DNA of 64,000 nucleotides from Octopus vulgaris (taxonomy: Eukaryota), in NCBI GenBank assembly GCA_951406725.2, contig OX597825.1, positions 49,910,001 to 49,974,000 on the forward strand, given 5' to 3'. The notes beneath the pieces are model-generated. The model had not been told where the DNA came from. It saw only the letters and a program-made list of their open reading frames with translations, and ran no database searches. The translations under genes and the position numbers were made by a program. This document shows, piece by piece, positions 39,501 to 54,235 of the stretch. Numbering within the stretch: the stretch's first letter is position 1; each line of letters opens with the position of its first letter.

Positions 39501-42500
39501 TAGTGATAGATCGATACATAGATACATAGATACATACATACAAGCATACATGCATACATACATATATACGCACATACATACACACATACACCCTATTGTT
39601 GATGCTGAAATTCCAATGAAGGTGCCTTGAATCTATGTTAGAAACCGCCTCTTCCTCTATTGACAAGAAATCTTGAAATATAATTGAACAATGATATACA
39701 TAGTGCGTTTGTACTTGTGTATATCCACCGGCTATTATCACAATATTTTGGCTCCAAAATTATTGATACCGTGCACCCTAGTGAAATTGTATGCATGTGT
39801 GTGTGTGTGTGCGTGCGTCTGTGTGTGTATGTATGCGTGTATTTGTGTGTGTTTGTACGTGAGTATACATACGTACAGCGAAACCAAAACTGCAAATGTT
39901 AAACACAATAGTAGTTGAAACAACGCCACAAGCGCTCGGCCGACAGCCCTATCGCATCTGCTCCTGCTTCTACTACATCCTTCGTGTGTGGATTTATTTC
40001 ATTGTTTTCGATATACGTCACGCTCCAGCGTCCCCAACGGATATATTCTTCTGTCTGTTTGTTGTTCCAAGAAGTCTAAACTTCATTCTGGGTCTGATAT
40101 TCAATCGACTCATTGATATCTTTTAAAATAGTGGCGAACTAAAAAAAAAACAACTTAAATTTGGAATGACCGGACAGATTCATGGACAGAGTCTGCCTTG
40201 CAAAATGCTGAGAGAAAATATGTATGACTAATTATAAAATATAAAACAATAAACCGCTGTAACTCTACAGCATCATTTACGTAATGGTACTAAATAGACG
40301 TCTTGGCATTTATGACCGTATAAATTCAGAATGAAATATATATTTCACAACAAAACTAAACATATTCATCGTTTTGATATTGTTGTTCTCTATACATATT
40401 TATTCATAACTTAGGTGTCTCGGGTTACTATAATTACTTATCAATGAACTTTTATTTCATATTCAACATTACCCACAATAACGTCTCCCTGTACTTACTA
40501 CCACACAACATTCTAATATTGACCGAAACTGTGGTATATGTGCGATAAAGCATGTTTATTTCAGGAAATTAAAACTATTTTACTATGAGAAGACCATGAA
40601 AATGATAATATAATTTGAAATAATAATATCCGGAGTAGAATATATGTATTGGGTTAAAGAAAGCATAAATGATATACACGAAATAAAACAAATCAACACA
40701 TTAACAACAAACTGAGCCAAATTGAAATGTCCCTATGACGATCTACTGTATTATTTATAAGACAATGTCATGTTTCATTAGCATAAAGAATTTTAACGTT
40801 GTGTTTCATTAATCAGCAGATCTGAAAAGTTATAAGCAATTCCAGTACGATATGAAAAACTTTTCATATTTCCTCTTTGCTCGCTCATGCATTTAGTAAG
40901 AATATTGAATTCCAACAACGTTGTCAGACCTTTCTAATAATATCTACTGAGTAAAATAATGCATCTAAATTTATTCTAAAAAAGGGAAATGGAAAAAAAA
41001 TTGTGTTAGATATTCTTCCATTGGCCAAAACGTTGCATCCTTCTTATGAATCGCCACTACAATAAACCAGAGAAAATAACAAATTCAAATGCACAAATTC
41101 CTTGAAATATTCATGGTATGGTGATATTAGGAGTAATCTCTACACGATGTAATTAGCAAATACGAAGTATTTAATTACAAAGCTTGAGTTTAGTTGTGCT
41201 TCCAGTAATACTTAACTGAAAGAAATATTTAAAATAACGTGTGTATATCTTGTCTGTATGTGTTTCTAAGGGCAAATGGATGTTAGATCCGCACTTTTAA
41301 CGCATTATTGATGTGCCATAGTTTATGATATGGTACCTCTCTAACACTAATTGTACGATATTGTATGGGACGGCTCTGAACTATGTATTGGTTCGCTGAT
41401 CTTTCGTTTACCAAATGTGTGTCAAGCGCAATGTAGTGTTTTCTTTGTGACGATGTCCAAAAGACTCCTTACACAGTGTTCATTGGATAAAATTTATCAG
41501 GTAAATTTATCGACATCTAACTATTCTTTCAGTTAAGTTATTTTAAGGAGAGTAGTGGTATTTCTTATCATAATATTATCGAATCCAGATGCAAGATTAC
41601 CAGAACAAGTATGTTGAGAAACAGTCACCTGCAGTTATTTCTATGTTCGCTATATTCTGTAAGAAATATAGTTTACAGTAGAAGCTGGGAAGTTGTAGAT
41701 TCAGGAAAAGCGCACACCAAAATAAGCAAGTTAAAATTAATTCTCTTCCATACATAAATCATGATGTTCTGTACATACATTGATATAATCATTACCTAGC
41801 AATCTCGTATTTATGAATAATTCTCTACTGTAATTCATAACTCAGTCCTGTTACAAATGACGTGTAACACGAAATACCGCTACCGGGGTCCTCTTAGTGG
41901 TTAATATCTAAACCAAACGGCCGCTTCTTTCCCCTAGCATTCATTCAAATAAAACGCAAACTACGTGGTAAATTTGATCCAAGGGACATTTGGACATGTG
42001 AATTACATGAATAATACACATCTGTACGTGTGCCACTGTATAACAGAAATAGAAATGACGAAGACAAAAAGAAACGAAAATACTGAAATATATTAGATAC
42101 TGTACACTCATTGATAGAAAAGATAAAATAAATAATCTCAAAAACAGAGCAACTCATATAAAAATGCATATCGAAGTTTCGACGAAAACAGCAACTACAA
42201 GATATGCTTATAAAACCAGCAGTACAATTTCACCAATATAGTAAATACACAGTGACAATAAGATAACACAAAAGCCACGTATATCTTGGATTAGGACTTA
42301 CGCCTATGACAACAGTACTGACAAAATCATAAAATGATCATATACGGAATAATCAAGTTGAACAATAAAGACAACCTCAGAGAAATAATAAAGTCAATAC
42401 AAGACGTGGTCATAACAAAATCAATCAGTCAATCTGGATCAAACGAATTCACCTTCCTGAAAGCCAAAAATAAGGAAATATCTCGGGGAATTAATAGCTG

Positions 42501-44839
42501 AATACAGCCAACCTGTCGAAATGATTGTTTTCATTGAAGCAAAGCATTGCTAAATAGTTTATTCAGCCATGTTACTATCAACAGAAAAATACATTCTAGC
42601 TTAATTCAGAGAGTAACTTGTCACCTAAACATTAGAAAGTTATAATGAAACTTTGTCATACAAAACACAAATATGAAAATGAGAAAAATAAAATAAAGCA
42701 AATGAAGTATATAAAAAAATCCAAATAAGAGATGCTGTAAACGAAAGATATTTTTCAGATAACTGATATTCGCAAGGGTATTGTGAATACAACGGTGAGT
42801 AATTCCCTGTGTAACAGATTCATGAACGTAAGAGAAATAGTAAAACATTCTTTCAGAAGAGAAATAACCTAAAATGACAATGGAAGCGGCTGAAAGAAGA
42901 ATTGGAGGATGCATGTAGAATCAATTTATTCTGTGGAAAAAATGCACAACGGATAATGGAAAAGAGAAAAAAAAAAAAAAAACGGGCAAAGGTTTGTAAA
43001 TAAAATAGAATATAAAATACAAGCATCACCGAACAAAAGATTGGTTATTAAAAGTATCAAGCCATTAACAAGAAGGAATTCAGTATGTTTCCAATTCCGA
43101 AATATGCATTTGTCTATGTAGACAGCTAATTAGGATAGAAGCTACAGCGCACTTTATTCTGACTGTTTAAGCTCTAAGTTCAAATCCAGCCGAAGTGCAT
43201 TTGCGTTACATTCTTTGGAAATTAAAAACAGAATATACCAGTCCAAGGTAGTGGGTTGACGACACTGTGGATACTGTTCTGCATTTTGACGGCAATAATG
43301 AGACGGCATTATTGTCAAACAGTACCGGCTGGCTCATGTCGGCAGCCTTTCCCTTCAGTAATAAATCGGTAGATCAGAGGTGAGATTTCAACGAGACATA
43401 GAGTGTTGATAAGGAAACCACTCGATAATTCTCATTGTTTCCTTATGCTACGTGGAAAATCTTTTGGTTACCATCAGTCTCTTGTTTATCCTGCTTTCTT
43501 TACTGCTACTGGCGTTGCCTCTCTTGTGGTTGCTGCTGCTACTGTTTCTGCTGCTGCTGCTGCCATCGCGTTCGTATTTCTGCAGAATAATGAGAAATGA
43601 CAAACATCGGGTTCTTTCCGACCGACAAGTTGCAATGACACGATTTAAGATAAGACACATACACCCACTTCTAAGGAGTCGTCAGTAATGTACACATATA
43701 CACACACACACACAAACATAATGTATACACACATTGATGTACATGCACTAATTTTTCAGATTAACCAAAGACAAGTATTTCCCAGCCACCCCAAACTGGT
43801 TATTCATCAAGAACTATTAAACAAATTCAAAATTACAGTATGTGAATGATTCAGCATTAGCCTGTCTGGCAGCTGACAGAATCTTCAATTGTTTCTTCAG
43901 ATATGTCTGCATGAAACGTCTTCTAATTGCAATACATACACACACAACACAAACACACACGCATAAAACACACGCACATAAATACACATATAACACATGC
44001 ACACGCACACATGCACACACACGCCTACACACATATGTATATGAAGGTATGCATGCGTCTGCGTGCGCGTGCGTAATTAACGGATGTTTCATTTATGATC
44101 TGAGAGTGCCTCATTAACGATTTACTTGAGGAAGTTCCAACATTCAATGATCATAAGAAATATATTCAATGGAATCGCGAATTAACTGGTCGTTGTATAA
44201 ATGGATTAAATCAACTTTGGTAATAAATTCCTTTTTACAATTTCGTTGAAATATTTAATGTGTGGAGTTCTTTCTGTTCTGAAAATATGGTATACAGTTC
44301 CGTGTGTGGAACCATGGAATACGTTATTCTGTATAAGATAATATCTGGTAATCGGAGGTACATTTCCAAATGGTATTGTCTAACTAAGATCCACCTTGAT
44401 CTAATAGATCTCTAATAAAGCTATGCCGTATCTTTTTAGGAATATGTAGAACTAGATTACTCAGGCTGTGTTTATTTATTGAAAGAGTGTAGGGAGTGAT
44501 TAGAGGGAGATTGTGTCGCAAATAATTACGTTTATTTTGTAGTTGGCAAGATTTCCAGCAAATAACTTTGGTATTTGACTTACCTAAGAGCATACGTGAA
44601 TATTGCTTTTACACACCCCAAGTGAATTTCAATTATATCAAATGTTATATGCTCCACCCAAATGTTTACGGAGATCCTCCATCTTCATCTAAATCTGTTA
44701 CATACGTCTTGGAGACAGATAACATTATTGCTTGAAATTTTTTCTTTAAATGCATAATTTTGCATTTATCATTCAATTCGCAGATCTGCATATCCGCAAA
44801 TTTTTATTTTACAAAATAATCATTTTTTCTATTATAGAC

Positions 44840-45250
44840 ACAAGGTCTGTATTTAGTGGGAAATTTAGTGGGAGGGGGCTACTAGCAATCAATTACTGAT
44901 ACATATTTTGTCATCACCGAGAAGATGATAAGTAAAGTCAATCTCGGAGAAAATTTTAAGTAGGTAATGCAGCTAAGCATTTTGTCTGGTGTGCCAACGA
45001 TTCTGCCTGCTCACCTCCTTTTCTTTACAGGATGATAATGGTTTCAAATTTTCGTTCAAGGCCTGCAATTTTGGGAAAGATGTAAGTCAATTACATCTAC
45101 CTATGTGACCAAATGTTACTTGTTTTATTGACCCTGGAAGGGTGAAAGGCAAAGTCGATCTCGGTGGAATTTCAGCTTATAACCTAAAGACTGACAAATG
45201 CCGCTGAGCATTTTGCCCGACATGTTAACGATTCTGTTAGCTCACCACAT
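44840..45250 (-). mobile_element. Two tandem SINE family A copies
   Basis: Reverse complements of the family A head and central domain (GAAAGGCAAAGTCGATCTCGGTGGAATTT, AACGATTCTG..AGCTCACC). Confidence 0.75.
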
Positions 45251-45258
45251 TACATGGC

Positions 45259-45299
<41 letters not shown>

Positions 45300-45312
45300 C
45301 AACAACAACACC

Positions 45313-45875
45313 ACAAGGCACTGAGAGAGCGCAAACCTCTGCCAGGGCAACACCAGAGTCCTCTCAATGATTAGCCACACATGATTTTTAAAATGAGAAT
45401 ATCTGAAATAAACTTGACTGCTCTCACAAACAAGAATACTAACGACGAACCAGACCGCTCTCAAAAGTTAAGTAAAAAAAAACGCGGAAAAATAATCCAG
45501 AGTCCTTGTCCGGTATCTGATCAATCCCAATGGTAGTCATGGAATGTATAGGTGTAAGCGTAATAAATAATTTATTCTTATCTAATACAAGCCAAAGCTA
45601 AATTCAACATTCAAAATAGCTACAGCCTAAAGGGAGATAATTGAGAAAGACTTGAAATTTAACATCAGATCCTAATCATGTAAAGTAAAGTAAATATTTT
45701 AAAAAATAATCCAGAATACTTGTCCGGAACTGGATCGATCCCAAAATCTATTCAGCTTCTGCCGGTGACAAAGTCAAACATTCCTGAAAGTTTCATCCGA
45801 ATTCATCTTGCGGTTCTTGAGATATCTTGTCCACAGACAAACAAACAGGACTGAAAACAATAAGGCGGAGGTAGT
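45313..45875 (-). mobile_element. Helentron-associated (HINE-like) element
   Basis: Ends are reverse complements of the ends of 14801-15033. Internal direct repeat AAAAATAATCCAGA..CTTGTCCGG at ~45488 and ~45703. Confidence 0.65.
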
Positions 45876-45877
45876 AA

Positions 45878-45924
<47 letters not shown>

Positions 45925-46022
45925 ATTATTATTATTATCATTATTATGATTATTATCATAATTATTATTATTGTTATTGTTATTATTATTATTTATTTTT
46001 TGGTGTTGTACTAGTGAATGTC

Positions 46023-46110
<88 letters not shown>

Positions 46111-46250
46111 TTATGTTTGACTTTTGCTTTATGCCTGTACAAGTTGGCTCCAAGTCTCACCCAGAGACCTCAAGAGACAACAGTTTACGTTGTTGTTATG
46201 CCTAGTGTGCCATATATTTGGGGTTTTTTGGTGTTGTACTAGTGAATGTC

Positions 46251-46346
<96 letters not shown>
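45872..46346. repeat. (AGT)n/(ATT)n microsatellite cluster containing a minus-strand LINE 3' UTR fragment (46112-46250)
   Basis: The reverse complement of the fragment resembles the 3' UTRs at 58005-58085 and 59210-59270. Confidence 0.75.
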
Positions 46347-46347
<1 letters not shown>

Positions 46348-47106
46348 AAAACTAAGCTTAACCCACTGCTGCAGGATTGTGAGTACTGTGTTAATGAACA
46401 GTGCAGAACAGCCCATTCAAATGAGGGCAGACAAACATCTCCAAGCTTGATGAAGCAAAGCTGTCTCGAGTACTGACGAAAATCACTCCTCGCCAGTGAG
46501 GTTAAAATGGACTCCTCATGCACAACACAGACTAGAATCAGATTATACCACATCGTCCATCACGCAGGTCACCAAGGGACGCCTGCCTCAGGGAGAAACC
46601 AACCTCAGGTCGAGAATTTCAAAAGTGGAACAAACTCATCTGAAAATGATCTTCAGAGAAATTAGAACCGAGAAATCAACACTGACACCCTTAAGACAAA
46701 CAACAAGTAAAACAAACTCTTAAAGAACCGCTAAAAATAGATGGATGACAGAGGCGTATAAGCAAGGCATGACAGCATTCACACAACGCTGAACCAATCT
46801 GAATGTAAGAAAACTGTGTTGAGCTTCAATAACTGGAGAGAAATAATACGGGATGACAACCGTTATTATACTGATGGAAACAAATTAGCCAACGTAGGCA
46901 GAGACATCATGCACCGTAACTATCTAACACCAGTAATAATAGTAATAATAATAATAAATGTGTTGTATTACATGAAGATATTTCCCCAAGCTTTCGGTCA
47001 TACAGTAACATCGCTTATCCTTCACTCGTCCTAGGACACCGGGTGAGTCTTGGCAAGTGATTGTAATAATCATACTGAATAAAAGTAAATAGTAATAATA
47101 ATAATG

Positions 47107-47167
<61 letters not shown>

Positions 47168-47850
47168 CAACAATAAATGAAGTACACAGATACGTAAACA
47201 CAAATAAATTAAACAATGTACGTAGAGACATCATTAAGAATAAAAGATTAGCACGTTCTATTGTCAAGGAAGCTTGCAAATTCGCAAGGGAACTTGGCAT
47301 TAACCCTGAATTAGATAAAGAACTTGAAAACACTACCACCATACAAGGAAAACGGTTCAAATAGACTGCACAAAATATCAGGAAGAAAGGAATGGCGGAG
47401 CAGTAGAGCCAGAAGCCTCTGCATGGACAGTTTATACTTCGAAGCCAAAATGCTGATGTAGGCCAAGCAACAACCCATCAGCGGTTGAGAAGCTCAGGAT
47501 TGAAAGCAGAGATTGAAAGTTTCATATTAGTGGCACACGACCAAATCTTACTTACCAAAATCTACCAAGCGTACTTTCTTTAAATGATTCTGAACCTAAA
47601 TGCAGATTATGCAATGCATTTGACGAATCAATATACCATCTTGTCTCGGTATGTCCTGTGCTGCCGCCAAAAGATACAAAATCGCTACGACAGTGTGGGA
47701 CAGTATTTACATTGAAAAATATTTAAACACTACAAAATTAGCACTCCTGCTAACTGGTATGAACATCCTCCTGAGCCAGGTGTTGAAGATAGAAATGTCA
47801 CTATCCTCTGGGATTTTATAGTCAACACCGATAGTACGATTCAGCTTAAT
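46347..47850 (+). mobile_element. R4/Dong-like LINE fragments interrupted by (AAT)n
   Basis: LANV.RDI, KPLHGQF, LRSSGLKAE, DQILLT, CRLC..ESIYHLVSVCP, WYEH.PEP, VTILWDF. Confidence 0.85.
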
Positions 47851-47859
47851 CTGTCTTTA

Positions 47860-48830
47860 AGGAAGCAACAAATACAAAAAAAAAGAAACCATAGTACATA
47901 ACAACTATGAAGAAATAGAAGAAACAACTAAAGTTGTAAAGCAACTGAAATCCAAGCAAAAACTAAAACAGCAACGTATCATGATAAAACGATGGCAAGA
48001 AAAGTCCCTTCATGGCAAATACTGAGTTAAGCTAAACAGAAAAGAAATAGACAAAACAAAATCCCAACAAAAGCTGGAAGCTCAGTACTCAAAACAGACA
48101 CAACAGGATTTTTAATTCCAGCATAAGATCAAAATCTTCCAATCAAAAATCACCAAACACACGTAATGAAATAAAATACATGTAACTGCGGAATATGTGG
48201 TGATGGAGAAGAATTCATATTCTCTCTGGCTGCCCAGTCCTGGCTAAGAAGGAATATATTCACAGACACGACAGAGTTGGGACCTAAATACGCTGGAAGC
48301 TACGTCAACACTATGAAATAGCAACAGAAAAAAAGATGGTATAGGCACACGCAAAAAAGTTCACAGAAAATGAGAAAGTAAACATACTCTGAGATATGCC
48401 ATTACACACAAATAGAGAAATTAAGTCCAACACAGATCATCAAGTAAAAAATGCTTTCTAATCGATGTATCAATACTAACAGTTGGCAATGTTTCTCTAA
48501 AAGGAACGGAGAACTTTCAAAATACACAGATCTGGAAATAGTGGTAATTCGAATGTGGAGCCTAAAAACGAAAACAATACTTATTACAGTAATTCGCATT
48601 AGGTATGATACAAAGAAACACCCAGACAAATGCATAACAAAAACACCGGAACTGTATATATAACATACAGAAGATAACACTGCTACGCTCCGCACACATC
48701 CCACGTAAAACACTTTCAATACCGTGAAAATAAAAGCACCACAACAAACTACAGCACTTAGCCAAGGCAAACAGAGATTCGCCCGGTAGTCCAGTGAAAG
48801 CTCGTGATAAAACTAAGGTTACTGAATAAC
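47860..48830 (+). mobile_element. Second R4/Dong-like LINE 3' part with REL endonuclease and (AAC/AAT)n tail
   Basis: WQEKSLHGKY, CGICG..HILSGCPVLAKKEYIHRHDRVG, CFLIDVSI, ELSKYTDLEI..RMWSLKT. Confidence 0.85.
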
Positions 48831-48857
48831 AACAACAACAATAATAATAATAATATT

Positions 48858-49300
48858 AAATGCCCCAATGCAGTACCAGGCAATGACACTCACAGCTGCT
48901 GATTTTAACTTCCTGGAAATACATGTTTTATCATGGTGTAAAAGATGGGCTACAGCAAATATTCTGCTCAATACCACAGATTTGATTGACATCTTTTTTT
49001 ACTTTAACCAGTTGAGCATGTCCCTTATTGGCTGAAGATATGTGCATCTCTGATCACGAGTAGGAGTAGTGGGGAAGCATCATAGCCTTGTATCGAAAAT
49101 AATTATTTGGGGCTTGAATAATTCACCCCTGGAAACAGGTGTTTTGTTCATCATCTTTAAACAAGTCTTATTCAGATACCTTTCGAGAGCGAGGGGCTAC
49201 TCGACTTGAAGCAAATCCTCACTGCGCGGTCGTGCGTTGTTTATCTGAATATGACATCAGCATTTCTCACACATATGGTTGTGATGCATGTACCTGCTTA
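48858..49300 (+). repeat. Unclassified interspersed repeat
   Basis: AAAAGATGGGCTACAGCAAATATTCTGCTCAATACCACAGATTT has a reverse-complement homolog at 53160-53205. Confidence 0.55.
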
Positions 49301-49329
49301 CAAACATGGGTGTATTAAACTTCGTTTGA

Positions 49330-50440
49330 AAAACTACCTGGGGCAGTAATTCCTTTTTCGCCCTCACTTTGCTTTTCAAGTGGAACTTGGAAAAGATCGA
49401 CGAGATCTTGCAACCTCATAAGCCACACTACCTACGTCACCATAGCCAAGTAGCAGATGAAAACTACCTGATCTTCGGGGCCAAGATAAAGCGGCTGGGT
49501 GATCCTAACGATGGATTCCGTTGATAACAGGATCCGCCCTGCACGCGATAACAGTGGGTCGATAAACCCGCACAATTGAGAGATGCCTGGACATTGGACG
49601 AGTGCACGCAGAATGGTATCATCACTCTGCTCACAACTCGAAAAGGTCCCGCTGTTTACAGTTCTGTGCCTGTAGAACTTATCACGAACCGGTAGAGCTC
49701 CACAGCAGGCCAAAGAATTGTGGAAATTATCCATAAGCCCAGGTCCGAATATCTTCCAGAATGGACCGACCAATTGAACTCCACCGACACCTAGAATCCC
49801 CCCGAGGATGTCATCGTTCTTGCTCGCCGCTAATTCTCCATCGAACTCCATTATGGAATCATCACCGACTGGCTGAGTGCTGTGAACATTTATCGACGCT
49901 CCAAGTGTCAAGCAATCAGTTTCGTTGCACGCTTGATCCAGGACTGCAGATCAGTCAATGATATGAGCTGCGAAAACTCTTGTTTGACAAACGGTGATTA
50001 CATCTGCTCAAAGTCAAGGATACCCTTGATATGTCGTAGCCTCAGTGAATTTCTGTGCAGCATTAGCCATAACATGCTCAGTTATCCACCCAGCACCTGT
50101 TAGCAACAATGAGAATGTCTGACTAGGATATCCGTCCTTTCGACAGAAAGCGTATGACTATGCACTCTAACTTGATCAGCAACGGAGCAGGGCAAAAGAC
50201 CACAGTAAAGCAGTAAAAGTTGAGGGCGACGATGTAGGCATTAGCCATCTCCACCCGAGTTTTCAAGGACACCTTACGCTCTGCCCATTTCATTATGATA
50301 CTCGCCACATTGCCCTTCACCTCCTCTCTTCTTTTGTCAACCTGGAGATCCGAACTGAATCAGATCCCCAGCAATATAACATATCTAGCAGCATAGAACT
50401 ACAACTCCAGGTGTCGAACTGCCAGCCCAGTACAATCTGC
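49330..50440 (-). mobile_element. Tx1/L1-like LINE 3' half, decayed
   Basis: ORF 50123-50320 (WAERKVSLKTRVEMANAYI) and ORF 49432-49911 (GALPVRDKFYR..C....DTILRALVQCP). Confidence 0.8.
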
Positions 50441-50921
50441 GTTTAGAAAAGTTATGGCCCTAAAATTATCAAAATGATCCCCTTTGTTTAGATTCATTTT
50501 AGCAGCACCTCGGCACTGAAAGTCTGCTTCTGTATGTAGGAGTGTGCGTATGTGTGACTTTCTGTGTGACTACTTTTTTATATTATGTCATAGTACATTT
50601 ATATATGTACCTGATTGTATAGAAAGCAGAGATACAATTTTGTGTGCTGTGTGTGTATGGTGAAACCTAAACATTGTTCACGTCACAAATGTACAGTGAA
50701 CTCACAAAAACACACTTTCTGAAATACTTTTTTGCTTGCATTCGTTTATTTGAATTAGACTTTTCTTGCAGTTATTGAAATTGTATTTTACGCTGTAAAT
50801 TTTATGTAGTTTTTTTTCATGGAAATATTAAGGCCTTTTGTGAAAATGTAGCCTTCGGTAATTATTTTTATCATCATTGTCATGATCGTCGTCATCGTCG
50901 TCATTATCATCATCATCATCA

Positions 50922-50995
<74 letters not shown>

Positions 50996-53112
50996 TCATT
51001 AATTTGATCGGAATGTGGTGTTTCTTCTAAATATGCTTGGCTCTAATCCCTCCTCAAGGGATTTAAATGACCAAAAAGAAAAGCGATGAGAAATCTATTA
51101 ATTTTTCTTTCTCTTTACCATTCTCAGATTCATAGCTGTTGGTTTTCAATATTTCCTGATATTGCAAATTTTTTCCAAATGTTTTCTTTTATAATTTTAT
51201 ATTTCAATTCCAAATAATCCAAAGTAGAAAGCCTAAAGATCTGAAGATTGAAGCTAATTCAGACTCTGTAAATCGGCTGATATTATTCATCAAAGTATAA
51301 CTTTTTGATTGCAGGCTTCGATGAATGAATTAGTTTGTTATTAGAATAGTGGCTAGCAATATCGGCACTAATGTATTCTGTTACTGGCAGAACTGTATAA
51401 TATATACATACATGCATTTTGTGTGTGTGTGCCTGTGTGCCTGTAAGCAAAAGTACTCCAGTTTTATAGAGGATAATAATATTATATAAAAGTAGGCAAT
51501 AATTACATGTCCTAATATATTCACATCGATATTAATAAAATCATAATTATTAACAAGTCATGTTAATTTACTAATTCCATGTTTAAACATTCATCTACAG
51601 TACTTCTAAGATATACTTAAGTAGAATATTCAGTACATTGTATTCTGGTGCTATACAGCCTTCTATTAATGCCGAATAAGACAAACATTTCACAAAATTT
51701 GAATTTTATTTGATACAGTACAGACTTTGTCGTAGCTTGATTATTGGGAGAGATTCATAATGTGGCGCTGGGAAGTGGTAAAAGAATTATTGATTAAATA
51801 AAAATATTCATTCCTGGGCATAAGTTATTTGAAGCAAATATAACCCATGAATAAGCAATTATGAATAACATTCAAATAATTAAACCAGAATAAAATATCA
51901 GAATTATCGAGGACATAATATAAATGGAGAGCTATTGTAATTTTAAATATGTATTTCGTAGGACTTTTACGACGTTAATGGAGTAACCTTTATGATTTTG
52001 CTGGATATGACTTTCTGATAACTAAAACAGTTTTCTACATTACTTAGTGTATATTTCCACAGCATATACTTCTAAGCAGTTCGTAAACGAGCAAATGAAA
52101 TGAGGAAAATGAATACATTGTTACTGTCGCGAAGATAAATAACTTAATTGTATTTCCCCAAAATCATAAGAATCTGTCAAACATGTGTTTATATGTGGCT
52201 TCCGTTGCGTAGGCAGATTAAAGACAATTCTCATCCTAGATTGATAGCTTAACTTTTGAGTATTAATGGTTGATGGAACAATTCTGAGAGAGTAACCACG
52301 TTTGCCTAGAGTTAAACATTATGTAGTTTGACCATTGACGTGACACACTGATGGCTATTTGTATATTATTCGCACATAGGTCATAACATGTTATCACAAG
52401 CGCCGTACTAGACATTTTGTTATATTCTAGATATATTCTATTTTCCTTCGTTTTTACATTTTATATTTCTCTCACGGAGGTAACACAAAATCTACTTTCA
52501 AGATGTCGATCGACCAGCAGTCGATAGCAATCGGCAGATATTTTAGAGAAAACGAAATTGACCCAAAGAAATATCTCATGCCTTTTGAAGGAGACCTAGT
52601 AAATTCTGAAGAAGAACAACCCACCTCTTCCTGGAATAAAATGAAATTCACGCTCCCTCGTGCGTCTAAGACTGTTTTGACAAGAAGCATTTACTAAATA
52701 CTCTCTTCTCTTTCAAACAAAATGAAGATCGCGTAATGAGCAAAGATCACCTTCCATACAGCATAAAATGAACTGGATATTGAAAAATTTAAGACAAACA
52801 ATACAGGTTTGGACAAAGTAGAAAGGTTATTTAAATAGGAATGCTCTGATAAGTGTAGTGGGTGGGGTCATAACCATACGAAGGTTCTACACACTTTTAA
52901 TCAAACTTAATTATGATTCAATAGGTGTGCGTTTCATAATTTATTTTAGGTGATTATTTGTATTTTGTATGAAGTTTTGAACTATCCATTCTTTAACTGA
53001 AAATACTTTGCCTTTTACCTCTTCATTTAAATATAACTTATCTATCCCACCCAATATGATGTTATCAATCCACTGTCCCATATTCATTGTATGTTATTGT
53101 ATATCTTAAGAC

Positions 53113-53290
53113 CTTAGTTCAAAGCCAGCGACGAAAAATGCGGTCGAACAAGTGAGAAGTAAATTTGTGGTATTCAGCAGAATATTTTCTGTAACACATC
53201 TTTTATACCGAGACAAACAATGTATATGATAACACTTCCAGTCAATTACGATCAGAAGCCAGCAGAGCCACGGTCTGTTACTATATCAGG
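53113..53290 (-). repeat. Fragment of the 48858-49300 repeat
   Basis: Reverse-complement similarity to 48860-49010. Confidence 0.55.
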
Positions 53291-54203
53291 TCATTTTGGT
53301 TTCAAAGCGAAGAACTCTGAAATATCAGTTTCGACCTCCTCCTGCCTTGCGAGTAAACTACGAAACAAATGGTAGTCTAAGGGAGCACGGCCGGGAGAAT
53401 AATGTGGATGAGGAATTTTTCCCGACCAAGCTCTTCAATTTTCTGTAGTGTGATCTTTGCAGTGTGGGGTCTCGCATTGTCCTGATGAAACATTACTCCT
53501 CTTTGAGTCACTAAAGTGGATCTTGTTTTCTTCATGGCTTGGTTCGTTCAAACGCTCTAGTTGCTGACAGTAGACTTGAGTATTGATTGTTGCATTAGGT
53601 GGTAAAAATTCAAAGTGAATTCCTCCTTTGCAATCCCAAAAGATAGAGAGAAGAGCCTTTTTTCCATGAAGCTCCCTTCTTTTGTTGAACTTTTTCCCTT
53701 TTACCAAGCCACGGTTTACGACGTTTAACATATCGATAGAAGTTCCATTTTTCTTCACCAGTCACAAGTCTATCCAAAAAGGGTGAAATGAGTTCGCGAG
53801 AATGGAAAGAATAGCAGATTTCAACTCGGGATTTGCAGTTGATTTCGGACAATTCACCCATTTTCTAAGTTTAAGAACCTTTCCAAGTTGTTGAAAATGA
53901 CAATGAAAATTTGTATGGTTTGAACTAAGCTTTATTGCCAATTCTTCAAATGATAATGCAGGATTTTCTTCAAGTAATGCCTCAAGGAGCTTATCATCAA
54001 CCTCAACTGGAGGTCCTCTTCGATTTTCATTTTTAAGGCTGAAATCTCCATTTCTGAATTTTGCAAACCAGCTTCTGCTAGTTCTTTCATTCAAGCGTTC
54101 TTTCCCATAAACTGAGTGTGTTTCGAGTCTCTTCGGCTGCAGAGTTTCCATTTTTATACTCATAAAGCACTATGTGCCTCAAATGCTCTTTGGACACTCC
54201 CAT
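53291..54203 (-). pseudogene. Mariner (DD34D-type) transposase pseudogene
   Basis: ATG at 54203 (MGVSKEHLRHIVLYEY), WFAKFRNGDFSL, KWV, FLDRLVTGEEKW, LSIFWDCKG, HQDNARPH, HPHYSP..AP.DYHLF, with several frameshifts. Confidence 0.92.
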
Positions 54204-54235
54204 GTTTTAATCAAAGAAATTTTAAAGTGTAAAGT

